A stretch of DNA of 63,942 nt, counting the filler. It is 7 parts of 7 records of this genome, joined end to end, with 100 filler letters (N's around TTAATTAATTAA, not from the genome) between each part and the next. Parts side by side here need not be neighbours in the genome. Positions count along the whole stretch, not along the records: positions 9,550 to 15,322 come from SRR31147125_39617; positions 15,423 to 22,254 come from SRR31147125_39803; positions 22,355 to 28,870 come from SRR31147125_39856; 4 more parts are not named here. The stretch is one strand, 5' to 3'. Below are positions 12,476 to 24,878 of this stretch, piece by piece. Position 1 is the stretch's first letter, and every line of letters begins with the position of its first letter. The notes under the pieces are model-generated. The model was not told the origin of the DNA. It was given only the letters and a program-made list of their open reading frames with translations, and searched no databases. The translations under genes were made by a program, and so were the position numbers.

Positions 12476-13422
12476 CAGTAATCCCTCTTCTTTTCAACCC
12501 GAAAACGGATGATCGTGAACAACATAATAATGATCAGCAGCACCCACGCCATGCCGGCCGCGTATCCCATGCGCATTTTTCTGAATGCCGCGTAGTAGAT
12601 GTAGTAGCCGATGGTATAGGTTGATGTTCCGGGTCCGCCTTCCGTCATGATCTGGATGAGCGACCAGTCCTTGAAAATATTCATGACCGAAAGCACGGTG
12701 AGCATGAAGGTCGTGGGAGAGAGCAGCGGGATGGTAATCCGGAAAAACTGCTGCACCAGGGTTGCCCCGTCCACGGTTGCCGCTTCATACAATCTCCTCG
12801 GGATGCCCTGCAGGGCGGCCAGATAGAGGATGGTGTAGTACCCGACCGTCTTCCAGATCATCAGCAGCCCGATGGTCGGTTTAGCCCAGGTGGTACTGGA
12901 GAGCCACAGGGGCGGCTCCTTTATACCGATACTTCTGAGCAGTTCGTTCACGGGCCCGCTGCGGGGATTGAATAAGGTGAACCAGATGACCGATATGGCA
13001 ACCACGCTGGTGATGTTGGGCAGATAGAGAAAGGTTCTGAACATGTTCTTGCAGAACACCTTGTCATTTACCAGGAAGGCAAAGACCATGGCCAGAAAGA
13101 TCATGACCGGGATGACCAGCAGAAACCACAGGTTATTCAGGATTGAGGCATGGAACCACTTGTCGGAGATCATATCTGTATAGTTTTCAATTCCAAGAAA
13201 CTTGATATTCTCGAACTTCTTGATAAGGCTCCAGTCCGTGAAGCTCATGTAGAGTGAAAATCCAACCGCAAAGACGGTGAATACCACAAACCCGGTCAGG
13301 TTGGGTAATATGAAGAGGTAACCAATAAGGTTTTCCTTCATTTTCCGTTTCTTCTGCGCGCGCGATTTCACCACCATGAATTTTTCGGCCTGTACCGCTT
13401 TCGTTCTGTTACTCACACTCAT
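12475..13422 (-). CDS. Carbohydrate ABC transporter permease (MalF-type)
   Basis: GYLFILPN; EAA loop LYEAATVDGA; MTEGGPGTST; MGYAAGMAW. Confidence 0.95.
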   Translation of the reverse strand: MSVSNRTKAVQAEKFMVVKSRAQKKRKMKENLIGYLFILPNLTGFVVFTVFAVGFSLYMSFTDWSLIKKFENIKFLGIENYTDMISDKWFHASILNNLWFLLVIPVMIFLAMVFAFLVNDKVFCKNMFRTFLYLPNITSVVAISVIWFTLFNPRSGPVNELLRSIGIKEPPLWLSSTTWAKPTIGLLMIWKTVGYYTILYLAALQGIPRRLYEAATVDGATLVQQFFRITIPLLSPTTFMLTVLSVMNIFKDWSLIQIMTEGGPGTSTYTIGYYIYYAAFRKMRMGYAAGMAWVLLIIIMLFTIIRFRVEKKRDY

Positions 13423-13555
13423 TCCTCATATTTTGATACTCATTACTCATAAGGTTTCACCTAGTTTTATTAGTTTAACTGGCCTGATGGCCAGACCGGT
13501 ATCTATTTTACTCTCTTCCTGAACCGCTTTCGGGGGACAGAGCACTAATCTATTT

Positions 13556-14646
13556 TCACACTTCTAACGGGATGCCGTATTCTTCCGCAAATCCCTGCAG
13601 CTGCCTCAGACTTTCTCTGATATCGGTACTCCTGCTTCATCGCAGGATCTCTCATGCTCAAACTCTTTCAAACCCGCGTAGTAGACACGTTCCTGACCGT
13701 CTCCCGGCTCCGCTTCACGTATCTCCCGCAGCAATATATCCATATCTTTCATAAACTCTTGCGGTTTTCTAAACAGGTCTACCCGGATGGCCGCAAAGAA
13801 GTGGCAGACTCGGGCCGAGGTCTCTTTGCTGTCCTTGACCGACTTACCGAATGTTCCGCCGGAAGTCGCCGCGGTTAGGATATCGACCAGAACTCCCAGA
13901 CCGAATCCCTTATGTCCGCCGAATGTATCACCCCTTCCGCCGACTGGCAGAATTCCGCCGCCGCGCTGGTAGAGCATGTCCTGCAGCAACTGCGCGGCAT
14001 CATCCGTAGATAGCCCGGCAGTATCGACAGCCCAGCCCAACGGCAGCTCTTTCTCTTCCCGCAGATAGGTTTCCACCTTCCCACGCGTCACAACCGTGGT
14101 CGCCATGTCCAGTACAAATGGAGCCTCCTGCAGAGCAGGCACGGCTACCGCTATGGGATTTGTCCCGAAAATTGCTTCCCTACCGAAGGTCGGCACCCCG
14201 AGCGCGGCCGTATTCGTCATGGCAATCCCGATCATGTTCTTGGGAAGCGCCATCATGGCGTAGTAGCCGGCGATACCGAAATGGTTTGAATCCCGTACCG
14301 AGGCCGCCGCAAATCCCGAACCTTCCGCCGTGGATATCACTTCATCCATAACCCGTTTACTCAGACTTAATCCAATAGCCCCTTTCGCATCGACAACGAA
14401 AGAGATTGGTGTGCGGTGCACGATTTCGGTCTCGGTTTCCGGCTGCATGATGCCGGTTTTAATGCCGTTCACATATCTCCAGAGGCGGGCAACTCCATGG
14501 CTGGCAATGCCGCGCGCGTCGGCCGCTACCAGGATATCGGCCGAGTCATCGGCCTGGTCTTTGGGCATTCCCAAGGCGATAAACACCTGAGAGCAGAACC
14601 CAACAAGTTTTTTTCTGTCAATTCTCACTCCACTACCATTACTCAT
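13556..14646 (-). CDS. Ldh_2 family (malate/L-lactate/sulfolactate dehydrogenase-like) oxidoreductase; apparent 1-nt frameshift near 13607
   Basis: ADARGIASHGVARL, NHFGIAGYY, FGTNPIAVAVP, LDMATTVV, GHKGFGL. The called ORF stops at 13606 but another frame continues RQLQGFAEEYGIPLEV* to 13556. Confidence 0.9.
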
Positions 14647-14661
14647 CTGATCGATATCTCC

Positions 14662-15322
14662 TTAGTTTCCGCTCCCGAATTCCCGCAGGGCATCGGCCAT
14701 CGCCAGAATGTTCTGCGGCGGCGTCTCCGGCTGTATGCAGTGGGTGGTGGTATAGACAAATCCACCATCACGGCTCAGCGTTTCCATACTTTTCTTCACA
14801 TCGTCCCGTATTTCATCAACAGTTCCGGTCTGCAGCAGTGCGGTATCGCAACCGCCGCCCCATATTACCAGATCCTTGCCGTATTCCTGTTTAATAACTG
14901 CCGGATCCATACCGTCTGCCGAACGCTGAATGGGATGCAGAATTTCCACTCCCGCCTCCAACAGATCAGGAATCAGGGGATAGACGGCTCCGCAGCTGTG
15001 AAAGATCACCTTCTGTTCCCGGGAACGGATATAATCAAGCAGCCGTTTCTGGTAGGGAAAAATCATCTCCCGGTAGATGTCGCGTGACATCAGCAGGCTC
15101 TGCTGGGTAGCCAGATCATCGGTAAGTAAAATCCCGTTTATGTGGTCACCTATCGTGTCGAACAGGCGTTTGTACCCATCAATCTGGTGCTGAAGCAGTC
15201 GCTCCATGTAGGCATGCACCCACTGTTTCTCAAGCATCAGCTCCACCAGAAACTGCTCCAGGCCGCGCAGATACCAGGCCCGTTCAAATAAACCCGCCCC
15301 GATCTGGTCCGAAAAGAGGGCC
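14662..15322 (-). CDS. Uroporphyrinogen decarboxylase (URO-D/MtaA-CmuA) family protein, 5' truncated
   Basis: YLRGLEQFL, TDDLATQQSLLMS, IFHSCGAVYPLIPDL, WGGGCDT, HCIQPETPPQNILAM. Confidence 0.88.
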
Positions 15323-15422
15323 NNNNNNNNNNNNNNNNNNNNNNNNNNNNNNNNNNNNNNNNNNNNTTAATTAATTAANNNNNNNNNNNNNNNNNNNNNN
15401 NNNNNNNNNNNNNNNNNNNNNN
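15323..15422. other. Artificial contig spacer
   Basis: N44-TTAATTAATTAA-N44. Confidence 0.99.
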
Positions 15423-15825
15423 TACCTGCCAGGCTCCACGCCTTTGAATACTCATATAAAACATTCAACAGTATGCCGGCGACCGCAGGAATGATAGCCC
15501 ATGGATTGAGAACCCAGCTAATTACAACCATAACTACAAGAAAAAAACCTGTTAACGCCAATGCATATCTGGGATTCAGCTCACCTGTAACCATCGGCCT
15601 GTTGGGAGCATTAATCTTATCCTCTTCCAAACCTAAATAGTCATTTATAATCTGGTTTACACCCCAGCTTAAAAACAACATCGCAAGTATCAGCATCAAA
15701 CGAAGATTCGACACCTCACCGTCAACTTTGAAATTATAAAATGAAACTCCAACCCAACCGGCAATACCAGTAACAAAAGCGTAATATAACCGCATTGATT
15801 TTATATACGCCTTGATAAAATTCAT
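15423..15825 (-). CDS. UbiA family prenyltransferase, 3' truncated
   Basis: Asp-rich motif NQIINDYLGLEEDKINAPNRPMVTGEL with flanking TM helices; start uncertain (15825-15861). Confidence 0.88.
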
Positions 15826-15903
15826 AACTACATTTAATTTCAGCTCCATCGTTAGCCTCAACTTTCATTCTAGAAAATGGCAGCAATAAAAATTCTAAAA
15901 ATA

Positions 15904-16476
15904 TCACAAATTCAACATGTTCTTATCCAGCATCTTTTCTCTCATCGAATTATCGAACAAATTCAGGTGTTTGCCAATTGTTACCATTGTTCCAATCCCC
16001 ATCAGATTCCATGCAATTGATGATGCCGATTTTGCGCCATCATGTTTGCACACTTCAAGGTAATTTGAAATAAGACTGGTAAGGTAAACATGAATACGAT
16101 TATACATATTCTGCAGCACCCTCATAATCTCTGGTTCATCAATTTCATTCAACCCGGAAAAAATTATCATATAGTGACCAAGTTCGGCAAAATGACCCGC
16201 CTCATAATCAAACAAAACCTCAAGAGGCTGGCTATCCGTCGGGATATTAGAAATCTGCTCTTCCCATATCTGTAGCAGATTGTCTGTCAAATATTCTACA
16301 GATGCTATGAACATGGTTTTCTTATCTGCCCACAAACGATACAATATCGCTTCTTTTACTCCGCATTCTTTGGCAATAGCTGATGTTGTAGCCCGCCGAT
16401 AACCCAAATTAGAAAATGCCTTCGCCACCTTAGGCAGCATTTCATTACGTTTTTCATCTCGTTTACTATTTATCAT
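15904..16476 (-). CDS. TetR/AcrR family transcriptional regulator
   Basis: HTH AFSNLGYRRATTSAIAKECGVKEAILYRLWADKKTMF; ATG 16476 has AAGGGT upstream. Confidence 0.9.
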   Translation of the reverse strand: MINSKRDEKRNEMLPKVAKAFSNLGYRRATTSAIAKECGVKEAILYRLWADKKTMFIASVEYLTDNLLQIWEEQISNIPTDSQPLEVLFDYEAGHFAELGHYMIIFSGLNEIDEPEIMRVLQNMYNRIHVYLTSLISNYLEVCKHDGAKSASSIAWNLMGIGTMVTIGKHLNLFDNSMREKMLDKNMLNL

Positions 16477-16488
16477 ATCGATACCCTT

Positions 16489-16533
16489 AAATGTGTTAGT
16501 AACCACTAACTGTTAGTAAATACTAACACATTT
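16489..16533. promoter_or_regulatory. Tandem palindromic operators, probably TetR autoregulatory sites
   Basis: GTTAGT-AACC-ACTAAC (16495-16510) and GTTAGT-AAAT-ACTAAC (16512-16527), nested in AAATGT...ACATTT, just upstream of the tetR RBS. Confidence 0.75.
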
Positions 16534-17045
16534 TAGAACAAGAGGCAAATAATTTTCTATAAATAATCTAATTCACTTAACTATTTGAGAAAATTTGCAC
16601 ATAAACGGCGTTTTTGAGCTTAAAAAGATGTTTTTACAGAAAAAAACGCTCCGATCAGCTTTCTAACATGACATTAAGAAATATATATGTAAGAACTAGC
16701 CCCTGATATCTTATTAATATCTCTTTTTCTTAACCAAACAGACACTCGCAAATATAACTATAAGTACCTGTATTACAACGCTATAAGATATTTCTTTAAG
16801 GAGTTCTAGGCTATTGTATAGACATGATTGATTATATTTTACGGGTTGATAAATTTTGGTTGGGCTGATTATATATATGTACGATATTACCTAGAGATTA
16901 CCTGTAGAAAAGAGAATATTCAATACTTGGCTGTTTCACCTGATTAGGAGATTTCAGGCAAGAAATCCTTTTTGTAGTTTCTATGTCACAGCGATATCTT
17001 TAATTAGCTTCAAATTATGATCAATTTATATAGCAAGGTGGAAAT

Positions 17046-20000
17046 ATGACCCGTAAAGTGTATATGCCGGTGTTGATATCTGTTTTTCTGATACTATTTT
17101 CAGGGCTAAGTTCAAATCTAAATGCTGATAGTGTGGTAACTTTCAATGAAATCATGTATCACCCTGAAGATAGCCAGGCAGATTGCGAATGGATAGAACT
17201 CCACAACCAGATGGCTGTAGATATAGATTTATCTGGCTGGGCAATCAAAGGAGGCGTTAAATATACGTTTCCAGAAGGTACATTTATAACCGGCGGAAGT
17301 TACATAGTGGTCGCTAAACTACCGGATGAACTATACCCTCTTGCAGGAACAGAAAATGTTTTTGGTCCGTTCGATGGTCAATTATCCAATAGTGGTGAAT
17401 CGCTCAGGCTGGAAACTGGCAGCGATCGGGTGATGGATTCTGTTACGTATAACGACAAGGGCAGCTGGCCAATAGGGCCGGACGGATCTGGTGTATCACT
17501 TTCAAAGAAAAATAAGAATCAGGCAAGTCCATACTCTCAAAACTGGATACATAGCCACCAGGTTGGCGGTACTCCATGTGCAGAAAACTTTCCTGTAAAA
17601 GATTTGAGACCAAAACGTATTGAGTTGGTAGAAAAAATGCTATTTGGGATTATTGGGATTGGGGAATAGACTTAGGTACCGAATGGAAACATTCAGGTTA
17701 CGACACTACATATTGGCGAGAAGGTGCAGCCGGGTTTGTATTTGGGTACAATGTTGGAACTGGTGAGATGGAACCTGTTACAACTTTATTCAGTACCGGC
17801 CTGGATGACAATGGCTTTCCGCTAACAGCAGGAAGTTTTGACCTGCATTATGAGTTTTCTGCAACCGGCGAACCTGTCTATGCTATGGTTAACCATCCGG
17901 CATGGCTTGGCAATGACAGTACTTCACAATGGATCGGATTCAGTAGTTCGGGAACTGATTCGCAGCCAGTTGGATTATTTCCAGTTTCGACAACATTTGA
18001 CCTCGACGGATGGGACCATGAAACTGCCGGTATAATGATGTATATCGCGGTTGATAATGCCGTCAGTGATGTACTGATCAATGGAGTGAGCACAGGCATA
18101 ACATGTAATGTGTATAATAGCTGGAGTGGACCGTTTGTCATAGATTCAGGGTTTGTTGCAGGCCAGAATGAATTGACTTTTAACTTTATAAATGAAGGCA
18201 CCAGTTTCAATCCGGCGGGCTTGCGGGTTTGGTTGGAAGCGACAGCGATAGCTGGCCTGGGCAATACAGAACTAACAGCCAGCCCTCAAACATGTTATTT
18301 CCGAAATAACTTTTTCTACGACCAAACCGATGAGACAACAGTTGGTTTAACCCTTGATTTTATTGTTGATGATGGGCGCGGTATTTTACCTGAACGGCCA
18401 GGAAATATATCGTTACAATATGCCGGCCGGTCCAGTTGAATATAATTCACTTGCCGAGACAGATATTATAGAACTTTTGCCGAACGGAGAAATTCTGATT
18501 TCAGCAGAGGCATTGGTCGCCGGCGATAATATTTTTGCCGTTGAGGTACATAATGCAACAGGAGGTGAAAATGATTTTTACTTCCAGGCTGAACTGACGG
18601 CAATTGAAACTCCAATAGCTACTGAAGAAACGGTAAATCTGGTATTTAACGAAATATCTGCTGCTGGATCGGGATCGTTTTGGGTTGAACTGGTTAATTA
18701 CGGTAAAGAACCGCTTGACTTGTCTGGATTGGTAGTTTACCTGGATGGTCTGGTTGACCAGGAATGTGTACTACCGGCAGATGTATTGGATACAGGAGAT
18801 TACCTGGTTCTGGATGAAACAGTGCTCGGGTTCTCACCTGCTGTTGATGATAAGCTGTATCTTTACTGGGCAGGTAAACAATTATTGATGGATGCTGCCA
18901 TCGTCAAGGATGTTCATCAAGGCAGAGAGCTCCCTGATTCGGACCGTTTTGCTTATCCGCAAATAAGTACACCAGGTGACCATAATATTATTGAAATTAA
19001 CAATGATATTATCATAAATGAAATAATGTATCACAAAGGAGACATTTTTGCCAGCCCAGGCGTTTACGAAACTGTCATACTGGTTTCGAAAGGTCACCAG
19101 GCAAAGGTTCTGATACCATCTGCCAGCCAGGACGATACCTGGACCGGTGGAAGTGAGCCATTTAATGACACTTTATGGCAAGATGGGTTCATAGGGGTTG
19201 GCTATGACAATGAAAGCGACTATAATTCTGATATTGGCAAAGATATTCATGATGATATTTATAACCAGCGTCAAACATTTTACGTTCGGATGGAGTTTGA
19301 TTTAACAAATACTTTAACTGTTGATTCAATAACGTTCAGAATGAAATATGATGATGGTTTTATTGCTTATCTAAACGGAGTAAAAATTGCCGATGTAAAT
19401 GCACCTGGTGACCCGAGCTGGACTAGTAGTGCGACGGGGTCGCATGAAGCATATGGGTATGAGACCTTCGAAATTAATGATCATATCGGGGCGTTAAAAA
19501 ACGGTAGTAATATTCTGGCCATACAGGGTTTTAACTATGGCTTGACAAGCTCTGACTTGCTGATCCTGCCTGAATTGAGTATTGTAGAAGAAGTAGTTGC
19601 TCCAATTGAAGCCGAAGAATCCTCTGAAGAATGGGTAGAACTGTATAACCGGGGTGCAGATACAGTTAATCTTGAAGGATGGGAATTAGATGGAGACATA
19701 TCCTATGCATTTGAAACTGGTACTATGCTAAATGCTGGTGATTACCTGGTTGTAGCGCGTGATCGCGTGGAATTACTGAACGATTGGCCTGGAGCTGACA
19801 TTGAAGGTGATTTTGATGGACGTTTGAGTAATTCCATAGGTTCTGTTATTTTGCGTGACCAGCATGATAACATTGCTGATGAAGTAAAATATTATGATGG
19901 TGCCCCCTGGCCTGACAATGCAGACGGTTATAATGCCAGTCTTGAATTATGTAATCCGTTTGCCGATAACAATTCGGCACAATCCTGGTCGGCAAGTAAC

Positions 20001-22254
20001 GAACACGATAAGTCAACTTGGCAAACATATACTTACAGAGGTGTTGCAAGCCCCAGCGTTATATCGCAGCCGGACAGTCAGTGGCGAGAATTTGTATTGG
20101 GCATGTTGGATGCCGGGGTGCTGCTGGTAGATGATATAAGTGTTGTAGAAGACCCTGACGGTGCTGCGATTCAGCTTCTGCAAAATGGTACTTTTGAGGA
20201 TACTCCCGGTGAAACATCATGGCGAGTATTGGGCACCCACCGTCACAGCTCTGTTATAGTTGAACCGCTTAATTCAGCAAACCATGTCTTAAAGCTGGTT
20301 TCGACGGGTACCACCGACCATATGCATAATCACATAGAAACAACACTGGCAAATGGTAAAAGTATTACAAACGGCCAGACATATGAGATTTCATTTAAAG
20401 CAAAATGGGTTAGTGGTTCAAACCAGCTTAACACACGTCTTTATTTCAACCGATTAGCAAACACTACATTAATAATAAAGCCGCGTTTGAATGGTACTCC
20501 CGGTTATTTAAATTCTCAATATATCGCAAACCCCGGTCCTCTTTTCGCAAATCTTTACCATTTTCCTCCTGTACCCAGATTTGATGAAGATATTACTGTA
20601 TCTGCCCAGATAAATGACCCTTCCGGCATAGCTGGAGCAGAAATGGCATGGCGTATCGACGGGAATACATGGAATTCACTTCCTATGACAACCAATGGGG
20701 ATGGGATATACTCAGCTGTAATTCCTAAACAGGCTAGTGGTACAATAGTCCAGTTTTATGTATGGGCAAGTGACCAGCAAGGGGCAATATCTGAATTTCC
20801 GGTTGGCGGACCTGATTCGCGGGCTTTGTTCCGCGTTGACGATGGATTAGCTTCTGAAAATGGTCTTCACAATATGCGTATCCTGACTACCAGCGATGAT
20901 AATTCATGGTTGCATACTGACATTAATGTTATGAGTAATGACAGAATAGTTGCAACTGTCATTTATGATGAGGAAGAAATATTTTATAATGTTGGCATTC
21001 GACTGAAAGGCAGCCAGCATCATCGTACACCATCTAACGAGGTCGGTTTCAATGTGAAATTTAATGCTGACCAGCTGTTCCGAGGCATACATAAGACAGT
21101 TGCTATAGACAGGTCACAGGGTGTAGGTTTCGGCCAGCGTGAGTTATTGATAAATCAGGCGATGAACCATGCCAATGCCGTAGCAAGCAAATATACCGAC
21201 CTGATTAAAGTTATGCCAAACCTGGCTGAACATACCAGTACAGCGGAACTACAGCTTGCCAGGTTCAATGATGAGTATCTTGATGGTCAGTTTGATAACG
21301 GAAGCGATGGCAACTTATATGAATATGAACTGGTTTACTATCCTCTCACAACCAATGGTGGCGAAGAAGGATATAAACTCCCGCTTCCCGACTATCCCAT
21401 TGGTGTTGGAATTTATGATTTAGGTATGGATAAAGAAGCATACCGCTGGCTGTATCTGGGTAAAAACAATAGGGCCTGGGATTCATATGAAACTCTAATG
21501 GAGTTTTGCAAGTTTTTCGGTGATTCATCTAATGCATATTACGAGAAGCTCGAGTCTGTTATTGATATTGACGTTTGGCTTGAGTCGTTTGCTATTGCAG
21601 TTGCCAGTGGTTCAGGTGATAATTACGGTGGTGATAATGCTGCCCATAATGCAATGCTGTATGTTCGACCTGAAGATGGGCGTGTGTTATATTTGCCGCA
21701 TGACCTGGACTATGCATACCAGACAACACGTTCTATTGTGCCAAACAGCGACTTGAACAAAATGATAGCTAACCCCAGGTGGGAACGCCTATACTATGGC
21801 TACTTGTACCATGTTCTTAACAGTTCATATAATGTAACCTATATGTCACATTGGACAGATCATTTTGGTGAACTGCTGACGGGCCAGAATTTTGATCCTT
21901 ATCTGACATTTATCGGTGATAGATATAATTACCTGACAGGAGAGTTGAACGCCAGGATCGCTGATGATTATGGTTTTGTAATAGTCGATATGGATAAAGT
22001 TGTCGATAGTGATTCAGTTACTATCGAGGGTAAAGCATGGCTCAATGTCAAGTCGATTCAGCTGGTCGGGATGGATGGCGAACTTGATATCTCATGGAGT
22101 AAGACAGGCAGTGGAAGTAGTACAGAATTCTATTGGCAAGCTAATGTACCATTGGAGCCAGGTGTTAATAACCTGGTATTCGAAGCAACTGGATTTAACG
22201 GTGAGCTTATCGGGCAGGCATCAATCATTGTCACCAGCACGCTTGACGACAGGC
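17046..22254 (+). CDS. Large secreted lamin-tail-domain (LTD) repeat / CotH kinase family protein; two apparent frameshifts (~17637, ~18376); 3' truncated
   Basis: Signal peptide; LTD motifs FNEIMYHP..EWIELHN, FNEISA..WVELVN, INEIMYH..EEWVELYN; CotH-type VGIRLKGS, GNLYEYE, LPHDLDYAY. The three ORFs join after single-base fixes in an A-run and a G-run. Confidence 0.85.
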
Positions 22255-22354
22255 NNNNNNNNNNNNNNNNNNNNNNNNNNNNNNNNNNNNNNNNNNNNTT
22301 AATTAATTAANNNNNNNNNNNNNNNNNNNNNNNNNNNNNNNNNNNNNNNNNNNN
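22255..22354. other. Artificial contig spacer
   Basis: N44-TTAATTAATTAA-N44. Confidence 0.99.
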
Positions 22355-23059
22355 ATCGGGGTGAGTAGACATAAAAGTAGGAACACCGGCATGACTACTC
22401 CCCATGTTCATTTTATTCAGCACATTAAAAAAGTCGGCCATTTTATGCGAATCGTAACCAATTTTCGAAGAATATTCCACACCCAGTCTGTCGGCTTCGC
22501 GCTCATTTGCACGGCTAAAACTTAAAAACAGTAACGACATTCCTTGCATGGCAACATCGGCAAATTCAGCAATTTCGGGTGAGGCAATCATTCCGGCAGC
22601 CAGCGCAACCTGACTAATTTGTTGGCGGGTTTGTTGTTGGGCAGTGTGGCGGGCGGTAATGTGTCCCATTTCGTGCCCCAGAACTCCCATTAATTCGGCT
22701 TCGTTATTAAACTGTGCCAAAATACCGCGCGTTAGATAAATATAACCTCCCGGAACTGCAAAAGCATTAATTACCGGCGAATCGAGAATAGTAAAGTGGT
22801 ACTGCAAATTTGGGCGATGTGAGATTTTGCCCATTTCTATTCCTTTGGTTGTAATAAAATTTTGCAGGGCATTGTTTTCGTACACCCCGAATGTGGAAAG
22901 AACCGACGGATTGTATTGCGTGCCAAGGGCAATTTCCTGTTCTTCCGACATAAACATTAACTGCGATTTTCCGGTAACCGGATTAACTGCACACGACGGA
23001 ATTAACAAAAGTAGTGAAACGCTAAAAAGCAGGACTGTGATGGATTTTAGAGTCTTCAT
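22355..23059 (-). CDS. M48 family (BepA/YfgC-like) lipoprotein metalloprotease, 3' truncated
   Basis: Lipobox IPSC-AVNPVTGK; NAFAVPGG; HEMGH; EREADRLG; FMSTHP. Confidence 0.92.
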
Positions 23060-23179
23060 TCTATTTTATTTTTTTGAATATTTTTTGTGATTCTCCTTCA
23101 GAAACAGGTAAACACCAAACTTGTTTACTCATCTTATTATTGTTACTTTTATAAATATCGTGAATTTATTAATACTTCA

Positions 23180-24726
23180 ATGCTTTTGAAAAGAACTATC
23201 ATAACTTTTTTTGCATCGTGTTTTTTTGCATCGGTTGTAGTGGGGCAGGAAAAGGCTTTGTCGTGCATTAACGAAGCCGATTTAATTCGTAACCTTTCTT
23301 TCATTGCATCGGATAGTTTGCAGGGGCGTTGCCTGGGAACCGAAGTTGACGGCCTTGGAATTACCGCGAATTATTTAGCTGAAAATGCAAAACGTTTGGG
23401 ACTTAAACCGGGAGCTGAAAATTATTTTCAAAAGGTGGAAATGCTGCACTCGAAAAAGCTGACGATAATTTTATTGAAGTTAAAAATGAGAAGGGGAAAC
23501 GGATTGATTATACTTCGGATGTGGTTTGTTTGAACGGAGAAAGCGAAATGCTGGAAATGAACGAGCTGCAAATTGAATTTGTGGGTTTTGGCGATTCCAT
23601 TTCAACAAAAAATATTGAAGGGAAAGTGGTGGTTGTTGCGCAAGGCGATGCCAATATTTTTAGAAAACAACGACATCTGAAAAACAGTTGGGATAACAAA
23701 TTGGAGCATACAAAAATTGACAGTCTGCAGGAATATAAACCGGCAGCCATAATTTTGGTTACCAGTCCGAACGATAAAACGAATAAGGTTTTTTACGAGA
23801 TAAAAGCATGGTTTAAAAGAGCCCGGTACCGATTGAAACCTGAATTATCTGCAGGAGAACCGCCCGTTTTAATAACCGTTCCGGGTTTTGCCGATTCTGT
23901 TTTGGGAGGGCACGGAAAGTATGCCAGGTATCTTAAACATTGTGCTGATGAAAATGCAGAATGTGTCGAACTGGCTGAGGAGCTAAAAGCAAATTTAAAG
24001 GTTGGAGGAATTTTTTCTTCGCTTGAATCGAACAACGTTATTGGCATTGTTGAAGGCTCCGACCCAAAATTGAAAGATGAATATGTGGTTTTTATGGCTC
24101 ATTACGATCATGTTGGTGTTGACGCTAAAGGAAATGTATTTAACGGTGCCGACGATAATGGTTCGGGAACGGTGGCTTTAATGGAGGCGGCAAAAGCGTT
24201 TTGTTCTTTAACGGTTAAACCCAAACGCAGCATTGTGTTTTTATGGGTAACCTGCGAAGAAATTGGGCAAATGGGCTCGGCCTGGTATGTTGAACATCCG
24301 TTACTACCGCTTGAGAAAACTGTAGCCTGTATCAACCTCGATATGGTTGGCCGGGTTTATGAACCCCGTGACTCTGTTTATAAAAATTCAGCTAAAAAGA
24401 TTAAAGATTTTGATGGACTCTACACGCTTACGAATGATGTTTGGCCCCAGTTGGCAGAAATTAATATTAGAAACTGCGAAAAACTGGGGATTATTCCAGA
24501 CACTTCGTTACCAAAAAATCCTTATTTACGGACCAGCGACCACTACCAGTTTCATAAAAAAGGAGTGCCGGTTTTAAACTATGCCACCGGTTACCATGCC
24601 GACTACCACAAAATTGGTGATGAAGTAGAGAAAATCAATTTCAAAAAAATAAAACGTGTGGCCGAACTTTGTTATTTGGTCGGATTAGAGTTGGCTAATT
24701 GTTCGGATGTTCCGGCACGCAAATAA
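23180..24726 (+). CDS. M28 family aminopeptidase; apparent frameshift in the A-run at ~23453-23457
   Basis: IASDSLQGR, NVIGIVEGSDPKLKDEYVVFMAHYDHVG, GADDNGSG, EEIG, INLDMVGR, SDH, HADYH. Confidence 0.9.
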
Positions 24727-24829
24727 AGGAGGAGTCCTTTCCCTTTTTTCTACAAACTTATGTTTTAAAAGTTAACATTAATTTTTTAGTTAAAATGATG
24801 AATATCATCTATCGATGTTGTCAATCGGT

Positions 24830-24837
24830 TACTTTTG
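24830..24837 (+). promoter_or_regulatory. Bacteroidota -7 promoter element (TAnnTTTG)
   Basis: TACTTTTG about 40 nt upstream of ATG 24879. Confidence 0.55.
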
Positions 24838-24878
24838 CATGCAATAATTTATATATATAGAAAAGAAACTATTATAAT

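Noticed and set aside
13606..13608. TGA near the end of the Ldh_2 gene as selenocysteine
   Set aside because: Read-through gives a short implausible tail, the alternative frame gives a typical C-terminus, and no SECIS-like hairpin was seen.
9633..15087. Long plus-strand ORFs such as 10776-11498 and 14416-15087
   Set aside because: Antisense shadows of well-supported minus-strand genes, with no recognisable motifs.
16540..17045. AT-rich 500-nt gap between tetR and the LTD/CotH gene as an ncRNA or origin
   Set aside because: No stable structure or iterated boxes seen; consistent with divergent promoters.
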